64,000 bases of DNA, taken from NCBI GenBank assembly GCA_043228905.1, contig JBHGNT010000016.1:2728001-2792000 (forward strand). Reading direction: 5' to 3'. Positions 9,417 through 22,300 of this stretch are shown here, in pieces (within the stretch, counting starts at the first letter, position 1; each line of letters begins with the position of its first letter). The DNA is from Azolla caroliniana. Taxonomy: Eukaryota; Plantae; Polypodiophyta. A program made the translations under genes and the position numbers. A model generated the notes under the pieces. The model did not search any database. It saw only the letters and a list, made by a program, of their open reading frames with translations, and was not told the DNA's origin.

Positions 9417-11156
9417 TTATCTCTCATGCCTAAGCATTTGCATGGCTAGCAGAAGTGACCCCGAGTGTTTCCTTTGTAACTTGAGTGCACATCTCAATGC
9501 ATTTCTCCCAAGCTCGACATTACCTTCATTCCGACAAGCACCCAGCAAAGTAACCCATGTAATAAGATTGGGTTGAATGGGCATAATTTCTAGCATAGCC
9601 ACAGCTTCATGCAACCGACCAGCTCGACCAAGAAGATCAACAATACAATTATGGTGCTCAATGGATTGAGAAATGCCAAATTCTTCTTTCATAGATACAA
9701 AATATAAGGTGCCAGCATTGACAAGCCCAGCATGAGTGCACATGGTGAGAATGCTGAGCAATATTATCTTGTCTGGTTGTATCCCTTTCATTAGCATCGT
9801 TTCAAACAAATCAAAGACGCGCATTATCTCACCTTCAAAGGCAACCCCTCCAATGAGTGCACTCCATAAAACCACATCTTGGATTGGCATCTTATCAAAC
9901 ACTTTTTGTGCTTCTACAAGCAAGCCACATTTTCCATACATATCGATCAAAGCATTGCCTACAAAAGGCTCCTTTTCAAACCCTAGCTTCACAACCTGAC
10001 AGTACATTTTCACTGCCTTCTCTAATGCTCCTACATTTCCACAAGACTTCAGCACCAATGCCAATATAAAGACATCCGGAACAACATCATTTATATGTTG
10101 CATTTTCTCGAATAAGTATAAAGCCTCCTCGTCAGCATCATGCTCTGCATGTCCATTGATGAGAGAAGTCCATGATACTATGCTCTGGACCTGCAAACCT
10201 GAAAAAATATGCACCGATTCGGGAAGCCAACCCTGCTTTGCATACACATCTAGCAATGCATTGCCCAAGGAAGAATCTCTCTCAAGTCCTTGCTTCACAA
10301 TTTCCAAATGCAATTCTTGAATATAAGGTATACTTGTACAATCTTTCAAGCCACATATATACGTAACTGGATTTGGAGATACACCCTCATAACGCATCTG
10401 AGCAAGACAAGCACGTACTTCAGCATAAAACCCATTTTCACTATAACCTGATAGTAAAGCCGTCCATAGCACAACATCTTGATCAAGAAGTTCATCAAAC
10501 ACTTCTCTTGCTTCAGTAAGTGAGCCGCATTTCACATACATGTCAACTAAATTACTTCCAGTAAAAGGGTCTTTATCCAATCCCTCTTTGGCAATCTCAG
10601 CATGAGCTTGTCTACCCATTTCAATGCATTTTAGCCTTCCACAGGCTTTCAGTAAAGCTTGAAACGTATAGCTAGATGGGCATAAACCATCCTCTCTCAA
10701 CTTAGGTAGTAGTTCAACAACTTTCTCAGACTGTCCATAATCATTATAGCCTTGTAGAAGGGAGAACCAAGAATAATCATTTCGTAAAATTAACCCATCA
10801 AATACCAACCGAGCATCTGTCATGCTTCCACATTCTGTAAACATAGCCACTATATAGCTCCCAAGTTTTTTCTTTGTCTCAAAATGATAATCACACATGT
10901 GTTTGTAAACTCGCTTAGCATAAGCTAAGTTCTTCTCATTTTTGCAGCGTTGCAAGATAGAGATACAACTTTCAACAGAGAGCGGGACTATAGCTTCAAA
11001 AGCAATCAGTTCTCTCTCTAGAATTTCAATCTCAGGTTTACATGCATGGAGATTATGTATCTGAGAGGAGAAAATGCACATGAAATTACGGTTCCAACTA
11101 AATGGTTTGTCTCTTCTTTTTACAAGGAGATGGATGTAATCCTGAATTACAAACAT
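9417..11156 (-). CDS. PLS-class PPR protein with E1 and degenerate E2 (~579 aa; N-terminus uncertain)
   Basis: GNALIDMYGKCG, DVVLWSALI, CTHAGLV, EHHNCIVDLLGRAGRLHEA, W.TLLGAC. A good in-phase acceptor (ttctcctctcag) before 11060 suggests a possible upstream exon. Confidence 0.9.
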   Translation of the reverse strand: MFVIQDYIHLLVKRRDKPFSWNRNFMCIFSSQIHNLHACKPEIEILERELIAFEAIVPLSVESCISILQRCKNEKNLAYAKRVYKHMCDYHFETKKKLGSYIVAMFTECGSMTDARLVFDGLILRNDYSWFSLLQGYNDYGQSEKVVELLPKLREDGLCPSSYTFQALLKACGRLKCIEMGRQAHAEIAKEGLDKDPFTGSNLVDMYVKCGSLTEAREVFDELLDQDVVLWTALLSGYSENGFYAEVRACLAQMRYEGVSPNPVTYICGLKDCTSIPYIQELHLEIVKQGLERDSSLGNALLDVYAKQGWLPESVHIFSGLQVQSIVSWTSLINGHAEHDADEEALYLFEKMQHINDVVPDVFILALVLKSCGNVGALEKAVKMYCQVVKLGFEKEPFVGNALIDMYGKCGLLVEAQKVFDKMPIQDVVLWSALIGGVAFEGEIMRVFDLFETMLMKGIQPDKIILLSILTMCTHAGLVNAGTLYFVSMKEEFGISQSIEHHNCIVDLLGRAGRLHEAVAMLEIMPIQPNLITWVTLLGACRNEGNVELGRNALRCALKLQRKHSGSLLLAMQMLRHER

Positions 11157-13347
11157 ATGCTAAGTTTGTTCTGTTTTTTACTATACTATTTGGCACTTTC
11201 AAAACCAATCCCACCTTTCTTTATTACTCTAATCTCTGCTGAGATGCATCAAGATATACATCTGAAATGAGAACATGTGAATGAATGCATATTTTCGAAA
11301 TGGGGACTGCCCTCTTCCCTGACAAAAAAATGAGTATAATAGTGATAGATATGTACATAATTAAGTTTTGGATTCTTTCACAAATTTGAATGTAGTAGCA
11401 AATTTTGGATACATCTCTGACTATGAATTACAAAGATACTGAAACATAATGATGTCGATGGTGATGATGGTGATGATCATCATCATCAAGTAGATTATGC
11501 CTCATATTATATCAACAAACTATGTTAAGAAGCCAATAATTCCATCAAAAAATCACTGCTCGTATTTATCCGAAGATACTATAGGAGATCCGGTACCACT
11601 ACAACTTAGTGTCATGTAGAACCCTCTGTAATGGGAAGGAAATACCTTAACAGGGGATTATCTCCTCCCTATCTGAACACACGGACATTTTTGACAAGAC
11701 AGGGAGAGGGGGCATTCTGCGAGATCAAGAAAAATGGAAGGGGTATTTCCATTTCTCATTATCTCCCAAAAGCCTCATTTTGCTAAATTTGAAGTCGTTA
11801 ATATATCTTTCTTTCTTTCCTTGGTGATAACTCTTGAGAACTAGGACCGTGAAATGGAGAAAGACTGGAGCCTCAAAACATCCTTCCAGACCTCGAAAGC
11901 TTTTGTTTCGTTGATATGCCGGAAGAGAACATTCATGCGTTGTTTCAATCATCACAAGGATATTTTTGTGCGGCCGAACCATCTCCATTCTCTTCTTTTT
12001 CGATGCTTCGAGACAACCATCTCGATGAGAAACTATCATCATTAACCTAGAAGCCTTGCCCCTCCCAAGGAGACAATCCTCTTTGATCTCAATAACTACA
12101 AGGAAATGGCGTCCACCTACTATTGTTTCCAAACCATTTGTTTTAGGAGAAACTAGCAGTTTGCATGCTCCTGGAGAGTTAGAACAACAATAAAGGGCTC
12201 ATGAAAACGTACACAATATATTCAAGTCAACCAGTAATAGAAATCTTTCGCTTGAATTCATTTGGCACTAACTCAGCCCGGAAGAAATCCATGATATACA
12301 TTTAGGACCATTTTATCAAGATCTTTAATCTTAATCTTAATCATTGTACCTTTGAACTTAATTTCCTCATGCAAATGCTAATATTCTCTTGCATTCACAA
12401 CATCATTAGTTGTGCCACAAGTAAACTATTCAAAAAATCATACAAAGTTTTTCGACATAAGATCATTTCTAAAAGGTTTGTTTGCACCATGTTGCAAGTA
12501 TACCCTTCATTCATGTATTTGTCAATAATCAATCCACAAGATCACACCCAATGTTTTGACATACGTTCACTTCTAGAAAATTTGCACCATGCACACAATC
12601 ACACAATTGTTCAAATTTCTACTAACAAGACCTTACTCCTGCATTCTTGTATTTGATAGCTTTAGATACATTCATTGGCGACATGCATAGTGAAAAACTA
12701 CACCTTCATAGCCAACCTTCACTTTGTAGTAATTTGGGATCATGTATACATCAAATAAGACCAATCGTTTACACAGAACAGGCACATTCATGAAGTAAAG
12801 CCAAAGAATCCTTAATGATGAAAATTTGGCTATCCTTAATTTTCAGGGCCAAAAACATAGGTACTTTTAGTTATGGTAGGTTTAGTCATGTTTAATGCAA
12901 TTCTTTAGACTTTGAAACCTTTGGAAAATTCAAAGGCACAACAAGCTTCAACAATAAAATTTAAAGAGGGAACAAACAAAGTACTCTAGATAAGAAATGG
13001 AACAAGGTATTATTTTGATTGATGCTCAATCAACCCAAGAACCCTTGTACATGGGAATTTTAAATATTTGTTCATGAGTTATGCATTGGCATCATTGGGT
13101 TGATTGAGTTTATGATTAGAGCCAACACTCACTAATACATAAAGAAAGAGGAGTTTTAATTGCATTCCCGTCAAATGGCCCTGCAAGTCTCCAATATCCA
13201 TTATGCTATACAACAAGACCTTACAATAGGAAAAACCCCATTTGAAGGTACACAGGAAGTAAAGACAATCAAATGAGCATCATATTACATACCTATAGGT
13301 CAATGTTAAATATATACTACAGAACTTTGAACTGCCTTTGCTACTCT

Positions 13348-16300
13348 TCACTTTTTGCAACTGTCCGAAATGTGTTTAAGGAAAGAGACAACCTCTTCGG
13401 AGGATGGAAGTGAATAACGAGCATTAGATCTCTTGCGCCCAACAGCACAAGAGAAGTAATTATCACCTCTAAGATCGAGAACAGATGAGCCTTCTTGCCT
13501 CACCATCTCATCTTCTATGAATGACTTCTCTTTCTTATTGCTACTTCTTGGGCTGCCACTATTGACAGATGATTGGGTGATGTTTCCTTTCGACCGCACT
13601 CCGTTCGATTTAGCGCTGTTAGAATTGATCAGTTTGGTTGTAGACGTCCCACTTGATTTGCTTCCACTTTTATTGGTAGCTCTTTCAACTGCCTTTTGCC
13701 CTGTCCTCCTGTTGCTAGTATGTCTTCCATCTGAGTTATTTTCTCTCTCAAATGCCATAGGAAGCTCAGGCTCAAAAAATGTATAAATGTCCTCATCCTG
13801 AATCAACAACAGAAGCTTTGCTTGTTTCCATTCTTCTAGAGAAATAGTGTGGAAAAGTTTTTCGAAATACTTTTGAATTGACTTACTTTGCTCAAGAAAT
13901 GTCCAATACATAGGACATAGTCTATGGGTGTGGTTATCCGTTTCCTATGTGCAATTTCTCCTAGAATGCGATCTATTGCAGCACCCTGCATCTCAAAGTG
14001 GTAATCAATAATATGTTCGATATATATTTAATCATTTAAACTCATACTTAACAATTAGAATGAAGGATGGTCACAAAAAGTGGCATTAGATGTGCTTATC
14101 CTTTTAAAGAAAGAAGGTAAGGTGGTAAAAAGAATTGATATTATTGGGTCAAATCAAGAAACTTATTGATAGAATGACATCCTTTCAAGTTGAATTTGGC
14201 TTTTTACCATACAATCACTTGGGAGTCTGTTGGCCTATAAGGGGTTTTAAACAGAATGGTTTCCTGGACAGTGGACATTATAACATGCTAAATTGACACT
14301 GATTACAGGGGACATCAATTAAGAAGGCATCCACTACATAGAACAGGGCAATGATATATAACTTCATAACACGGTTTGAATTTACCAATACAGAAAAGGT
14401 GGGAACTTTAATGCATGCACACAAAAAGCTTCTACTGAAATTTTCAGGAAATGCACGATTGACTGCATAATTTATGCACATCACAGAATTCGTTGTCAAA
14501 TAACAAATGTATATGTCAAATCCACACATAAAAGAATCCCAAAAAATCATAACACAAACAAAGAAAACCAATCTTTTCTATTAACAGCATTGCTTTAGAT
14601 TCATGTAATATCCAGTTGCTTGGTTGGAAACCTTATGGGTGACTTAGGCATGAAAAGGAGAAGAAAAGAAAATTTACTAAGCTTTACCAATACATCAGTC
14701 TAGAGAGACGAATCCACCAAATTATGTGGTTATTAGCACAATATACGCAATATTCTGTTGTTAGATATTGTTTACATTCAGATTGTAGGAAGTTTTGTTG
14801 GTTTCATCATATGTGCCCTGCCGTTTTGTTTTCAGAAACGTTTTACTTGTTTTGCATAAGTTACCTACCTAAATTGCAGACGGATATGTTTATGAGGCAG
14901 GATATCATACCTTTGAAACACCAACAGGACGAACTTCAACTGATCGAGTACCTTGAACAACATCAACTGAAGCATTAGAAATGGGCCCAGTCCATAAATG
15001 TTGCAGCATATCCCTTGCTTGTAGTCTACCAAACTCCACATCTGCAAAAAGTCAAGTATTTATATTAAGAAACAATCAATGCTCTTATATTCCGAGATTT
15101 GATAGGAACATCTCTAAGAACAAACCTGCATTTTTGTAATTCCACACCAAACATGTATCCCGAATTTCAAGATAGGAGCGTGGTGTCCTTTCAAGAAAAT
15201 ATTCGAAAACAGGCTGCAAGATAATATAAATTTAATACACATGTTGAGATCAAACTTGCTTCTGAGGTTACTAAACTAATCATTATTAGAATCCATAGAC
15301 AGCAAAAAATGACCTGGCCTCTTATGGTAAAAATATTGAAAGAGATTATACTCTGAAAGATCCTAATAATGTGAATACTAATTTCAAAAAGCGATATGGC
15401 AGTAATACAAAGTGCAAAATAGCAAAACATAAATACACTTAAATCGTAAAATAAAAAGAGATCAGGAAATCCATCACACAAACCATTGCAATATCACTGT
15501 GTTCCACACCAGAGACTCTAGCTTCACTGTGCAATATCACTGTTTAAACTTTATGAAAATTGTCCAGAACCTGGCAACACTTAGTTTCAAAAGTGTGATC
15601 ACACAAGTGCCTAAATCTAATGAGCAAAATTCAAGAAAGAAAGGAAGATATAATAATGTCTTTTAACATGAAAAAATGAACTCTCAGACCAAACAAGAGA
15701 TAATGTTTTAAAATGTTAAGTTTCATCTTTCAGAACAACAAACCAAAATAAATATAACTAAATGTAAGGCCTTCAAAAGATTTCCAAAATGGGAATATCT
15801 AAGATAGAGAGATCTCAAAAATGAGGGAAGCACCTTTGGTGATAGGTGATTGCTAATGGCCTTTACCTGTTGAACACAAGGGTGATGGAACCATGGTCGA
15901 GAAGGCCCCATCACACAATGTAGAATAAATCATAGAGTTAATCTATGTACAGATCGCAGAGACATACTGTGGACAAGTCTGGAGAATCACCAGGTGACGG
16001 CATAAGCTCGTGTGTGTGTGTGGACAACATGATCCATAATACTGACAGTCATGTCGCTTGTGAAGAGGAATTTTCTACGAAAAATGACAATGCAACACAT
16101 GCCCCCAAGGGGGCAGCATGCTAATGTCGAAAAAACATAGTGATCGGCAACATTTCCTTATTTCCTTAAAGAATAAGGCAGTTCTACTGTAAGAGGAGGG
16201 ATTTGCATGCACCCTCTATTAATACACACTAGGCTGATATTGGTTTTATGCTAAATGCTTTGAAATTACAACAGGTGATTATACTACACCGAGTTACTGC

Positions 16301-19300
16301 TACAGGATACAGAGACAGCCTTGGAAAAATAAATGCAAGGAATATGCACTTAAAACATGAACGGCAGAATTTTTATAGAGGTAACTTAACCCCCACGCTA
16401 CCATGAACTGCCATAAATTATATATGAAGATCACATTGTGAGCTTCCATCACGAAATAGCTTAAATGCTTGTCAATATATTGCAGAAGGTATAATGTCTC
16501 TTAGATTTCATGGCATTACCTGCACACTTTCCATCCAATCCATGTTTAAGTGTTCAGGCATGGTAGTTTTCCATTCTCCACTAGTATGCCTAAGAAACAT
16601 ACCATTCTCAGCTGCTAACCATAAATTGAAGTTTCCAAAGGCCTGCAACAAATGTTCAAAATTGAATATATTTTAGAAGAGGAGCATGAGTTATTTCATA
16701 AACTCTGAAGCACTCAAGGAAAAGATGAAAATTGATTCTCTTAACTAATCCAATGAATAATTCTTTTAACAAATAATTGAACCATGCGATAATAGTGAAA
16801 AACTCAGCAAATAATCCATTCTTTTGACTAATCCAAAGAATATTGAACCAAAGGACAATAACTCGGCTACCTCGTCAAGAACACTTCTCTCACTTCCACT
16901 AAGAATGATAATGGTAGTTTTAAGATCATTGCAAAGAAGCCCAAAAACATCGTGAAGGTGTGAATGCAGTCGCAACTTCAGTTGATCTGGAGCTCTCCGT
17001 CCTAGTCCTTCAACTTGTGCAGTCAATGTTAAGTTGAATCCCTATAACATATGAAACATAATGAGCGCCCAATGAAAAGGAAGACTAGTCATGCAAATTA
17101 AATCCTTGCAAGATTGAGATTTAAAAACCTAAACTTGTCAAGTTAAATACAAACCAAAATCAACAATCGATTGTTAGCTTTATGATAATTTGTAACAGCT
17201 TCACCCACAGGAAGATGAGGAGGAATGCGCAAAATCCGTAACTGTGCCTCTAGAATAGTATCATTCAACTCACTGCACAGTTGCATTTTTGGAAATCATC
17301 ATGGCACTCTTAAAAGGACAAATAACTTATGATGGAAAATAGTTTAAAGAACTCTTTCTATAGTTTGACGCCATTGAAATAGAAAAAAAAAAAAAAGAGT
17401 ATGAATGAACAGTATGAAACCTAACATGGGTTCCACACCACTGCTGCTTCTTTACACAGTATGTATGAGCAGTAAAGAAACTTAATGTGGTTTCCCACTG
17501 CTTCTTTAACACTGCTGAAGTAATAAATTCACATCTGCCTAGTTGTCCTACACGGTAAACCGCAATACTGATGTAAAAATTAGTGATTGTGCTTCCCATG
17601 GTTAGTTACTGTCAATGCTGCAATACTGTCTTGAGTGCATTTAAGTGTACAATCCTTTAGGCTGGCAAGCTGTTTTGAGTGCATCAAAGTGCAATATCAA
17701 TCTCCACCTGCGATGATGTTATCGTTTTGACTTTCTATAGGGTAGCAAACTTCAATAAACAGATCCTCCTGCTCAGCTGGGTGTTCGCTGGAAAATCTTC
17801 AATTCTGGGCACAATTCTTCAAAATACCTATTTGAGATCCATGTTCGTCTCCATTACATCTTACATGGTAGGAAAATGGCACCTAAGCATTCTCTATATC
17901 TACATCATTTCCATTCAAACATATGGCACTATCCTCTATAATAATAACCTTTAACCTAGGGCCTCAGTAGTTACAATTAAAGGACTCCCTTGTGATCTTC
18001 TAATATCTCAACAACATAGCCACTGTTAATCTAATTTATAATTAAAACACTACAACCTCATTATGACATTCTATGTAACTAGGTCAAGCTGAAAACACTA
18101 CAACCTCATGGATTCGATCAAGCACACTAACTTGCCAACTCTATACTCTCATCCTCAATGCAAACCCTGTTAAGGACCCATTGCAAACCAAACTAAACGT
18201 CCCAAAAACTTTTCCAGATCCCTGGTCAGGTTATTCTGCCTTATGAAAGAAATAGGGTATGCCTTGGAAAAAACATTTGGAAGAAATGTAAAACCATCTG
18301 ATGACCATCTTCCAAGATTCAAAACTGTACCTACCACCCAGAAATGGGAAAACCATTCCCATTTGTGATTTCCGTAAATTTGGTCCCCATGGTCTGGAAG
18401 AGAATGAACCAATGAATGCTGGAAAAAAATACTCTAGTCAATATTATCCACAATACTATATCATAGCCAAAACTCTGCGTAGAGGTCCCATCCATAAATA
18501 AACCACATGAAAAAAATGAATCCTATTGGGTTCAAACCCTTCTGGCTGTGAATTGATGATATCAACGCTAACCTTAGACATTGGCTATATATCTATAGGT
18601 ATACAAATGTATTCACGCATACAAACAAAGTTCAAACATACATAGTGCATTTTTCCAGACATGTTTGACGAAGACATCTCATGTTTCCATGAAATTAATA
18701 TCGTTTCACGTAAAATGGGTCTTCTTCTAAAACTGTAAAAGACTTAACATGAATGATTCTTAAGCAAGAGATGTGTTGGCTTTTACAACTTTAAGTAGTT
18801 GATAACATGTATCTGATACATGTAACAAACAATTTGTAAACTCATAATGGTTAAGTATGGCTCACAGAAGAAAGACCTTTGTCGCCCTTAAGGCCAAAAG
18901 TCTGTCCTTTCAAACTATATTTGCCTGACAACACGACCCTCCAAATTGGAATTTCATTGAGCTCCTTGAGTAACACTCACTGCCATGAGAAAAACCAGCC
19001 AATGGTGAGGCATGTAGTTATCTTTCCACACCCTAAGGGTACATCATGTATTTTAGGTTCTATCCTGAACCAGCCTTATTTAATAGAATCTTCATTTCTC
19101 CCAAAAAAAGAATAGCATTTCAATATTTGGTTTTACCTACATTATCGTAATTTAAAGAGATCATCATGTTGTTTCATCTGTTTCATGTGGTCAAATGTTC
19201 TCTTCAATTGAAAAAACAGCATAATGCAATTACCAACGACAGTTAATTACAAGAAGTGTAAATGAAGGAAACAAATTGTGCATCACATTATCTAGAAAAG

Positions 19301-22300
19301 CCGGACATTGCATTTACTTGACAAAAGTATCGGCCCAAGACTGAGCAGTATGTGAAGAGACATGGTCAAAGTTATGCCGATGGCATTCTTCCCTAACATC
19401 TTCAGACATATCTAACGCATCCTTTATTGCAGCAGCAACATCACTTATGTTCCAGGGATTGACTAATATAGCACCTGCACCGAGAGATTGAGCTGCACCA
19501 GCAAGCTGCCATTAACAAAAAAACACAAAATACTCTGATGCGTATCTTGGAAACTAGCAAGATATACGGTAAAGACCTTCAATCTTTTCTTATGTTTTGC
19601 TATTTATATATACCTCACTCAGAATAAGGACACCCTTCTTCATGTTTTGACATGCAACAAATTCGTAGCTAACAAGGTTCATCCCATCTCGTAATGATGT
19701 AACTAGTGCAACGTCTGCAAAATATGGAAATATTTTTAAATATATCATATACCAGAAATCCTTCGATAATCATACTACCCTGGCAAGTTTGACCAACAAT
19801 TATTCCCCTGGCAATGCATAATTTACTGACAGGAAACCTCAGAATAAGGGGAAGTCACACAAAAAAGGACTAGAAACTACTGATATGGCTCATGATGCTT
19901 TGACCATGGAGAATGGCAAGAACGTTGCTGAATATGGAACTACGTTGACCATGGAATATGGTTGTGGAATGTCCATATTGTTCATAAAATCTGACTCGTG
20001 TGAAAAAGATAGGCAGAAAACCAACATGCATTTACGGAAGAAAAAATCGTAGTTTCCGGTTATAAGTCACTCACTAGCCTTACGTGCAGGAAAGCACAGT
20101 TGCAACTGACGATCAACTCAGTGTAAGGTGGCTGTGCGTGAGGCATTCAACGTGAATGAACTAAAGTTTCACCCTTTCATCAGCACATCCACATCTCCTA
20201 CATTCAATATGCTAAAAGATATCCAGTTTACAATTGATTTGACAATGTATTGCAGACTGACTATTCTCAAAGAATATGTTAGAACAAGCTTATAAAGTGG
20301 GGCCTAAGGAGCTATGTATGGATGGTTGTGTCAGTTGAGACAAATGTATTTTAAGGCTCCACAAGAAGTGAAACGGTTCTCACAACTACCTCTGAGAACG
20401 TGAATGAAGCTTTCCTGTTTCATGTATTCTTATGTTGACAGTATTGCCCTTAAACCTCATCAACTCCAATGTCAGACTCATATTTCCCTAAGTCCCTAAC
20501 ATGGACGTGTATGTCAAGGAAGAAGACACCTATATCAATGATCTGTTCCTCATGGGTTCCTATGCGGAGTATCTGCATGCGATGAAGGGGAGATAAAGTG
20601 CAGAATTTGAGATGGCCGATCTAAGGCTGTGCACTATTGCTTTTGGCTGAAGGTGTCACACAGACACAGGAAGAGATTTATCTCAACAAAAATATGCACC
20701 AAAATCCCTCAAGGTGTTCAGGATGTCAAACTCTGAGGTGGTGATCATAACTCCAATGGAGTCTTAACAATGATTTGTGCAGTGGCTTAAGACCTGAGTC
20801 ATCCCCATAAGCTAAGATGTGATCCAAGGCCTGACATGTGCAAAACCAGAAGTCAATATCTGACTCCTGTGTCTCTGTTAGAATCGACATGTGATGGATA
20901 TGGATTCATCAAACACAGACAATGATCTTGTTTTCCATAATGGAAATAGGGTATAAAGTGCTGAGCTTTTGGATGCAAAGCAGAGGCTTCAATGTGTATT
21001 GGAAGACCTGGTAGTCTCCTTGGAGGGGAGAGCCAATGTGGATTTTCTATAATAGTCAAGGTCACATAATGAATGCCAAGAATCCAGTGACCCATGGTGC
21101 ACTAACAAAGCACGTGAAATGTGACACCACTATGTTTGGGATTACCTCTGGATGAAAGATAGGTATTTGAAAGAAGAGGATGCATGATGGCATCGCCTCT
21201 AGCCTTATAGCAGTATATAAATCACAATTTCTCATCAAAAATAGGATGCCTCCTACCAAGCCATTCATAATTTGTTTATCAGTTCAACTATATACTTGAT
21301 GGATTATAAGGAACTTGAATTTGAGGTGAAACCTCACTGTAAATAAATCAATTCAAATAACCAAGAGGTCATGATATGCCATCTGGTCACTAGACGCATG
21401 CAAACACACATGCACATATATAAAATCTGCAATTACAAAAATTGAAACTACAAGTATGACAATTCTAAAAACATATTTATTGCAGAATAAGACCCACAAT
21501 ACAATGTTGCACTGTTTAAATGCTAAATAAATGACCATTTGACCCCATTTCGCCATAATTTTTAACATGCTTTCTGCAATTATAATCCACCAAAAGGCTA
21601 AGAACGTGGTTAGCCTTTCTCCAAGTTTAGTAGTGAGTGATCTTTTATTCTTGGAAGTTATTAGCCCCAGTTTTTTTACTGTCATCCTTGATCTCCATTT
21701 CAGTAGTATATTTATGTAAGTAACATGGGGTTTCGAGGATACAATCAGATAAGCAGACGCTTGTCAAATAGCTGGAGTTCATGCGTTCCCTCCAATCATC
21801 ATCATATATAAATCACAAGATACAGTTCTGAAATTGAGATAGACAAAAAATGCAAGCAAGTCCAAGGAAGAACAGATCTGCTATTTGTACCATCAGGGGT
21901 TGGATCAGAAGAACGTTATGTCTGTCATTGTGCTTTTTTTAATGAAATAAGTGGGAGATACACTATCTCTTTAAATAAGGTTTTGGCTCACTACACAATG
22001 TACTGGAATATGACAAACAACGACAATAAACTAACCACAACACCTCATCAACAGAGAACTATCATGACTTTCTTTAGCTCCATCACTCATCCTACAAGTC
22101 AATCAAGGACTACAAAAGTGGAGTCTTTGCCAAAAGAGATCTCTTCATGAACATAGACCATAATTATTTTGCTTCACTCACTTCAGAGATCTCTCTATAT
22201 TGGAGAAGCCCATATTAGATATTTTCCAAACACAAAAGTTCCAGTCAATCTAAGTTCAGAATTTTATTGGAGAAGCCCATATTAGATATTTTCCAAACAC

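Noticed and set aside
18900-18990. Possible extra TPS exon (ELNE-like codons)
   Set aside because: The true exon ([12 protein letters not shown]) is at 17272-17155; this segment lacks continued homology and suitable splice sites.
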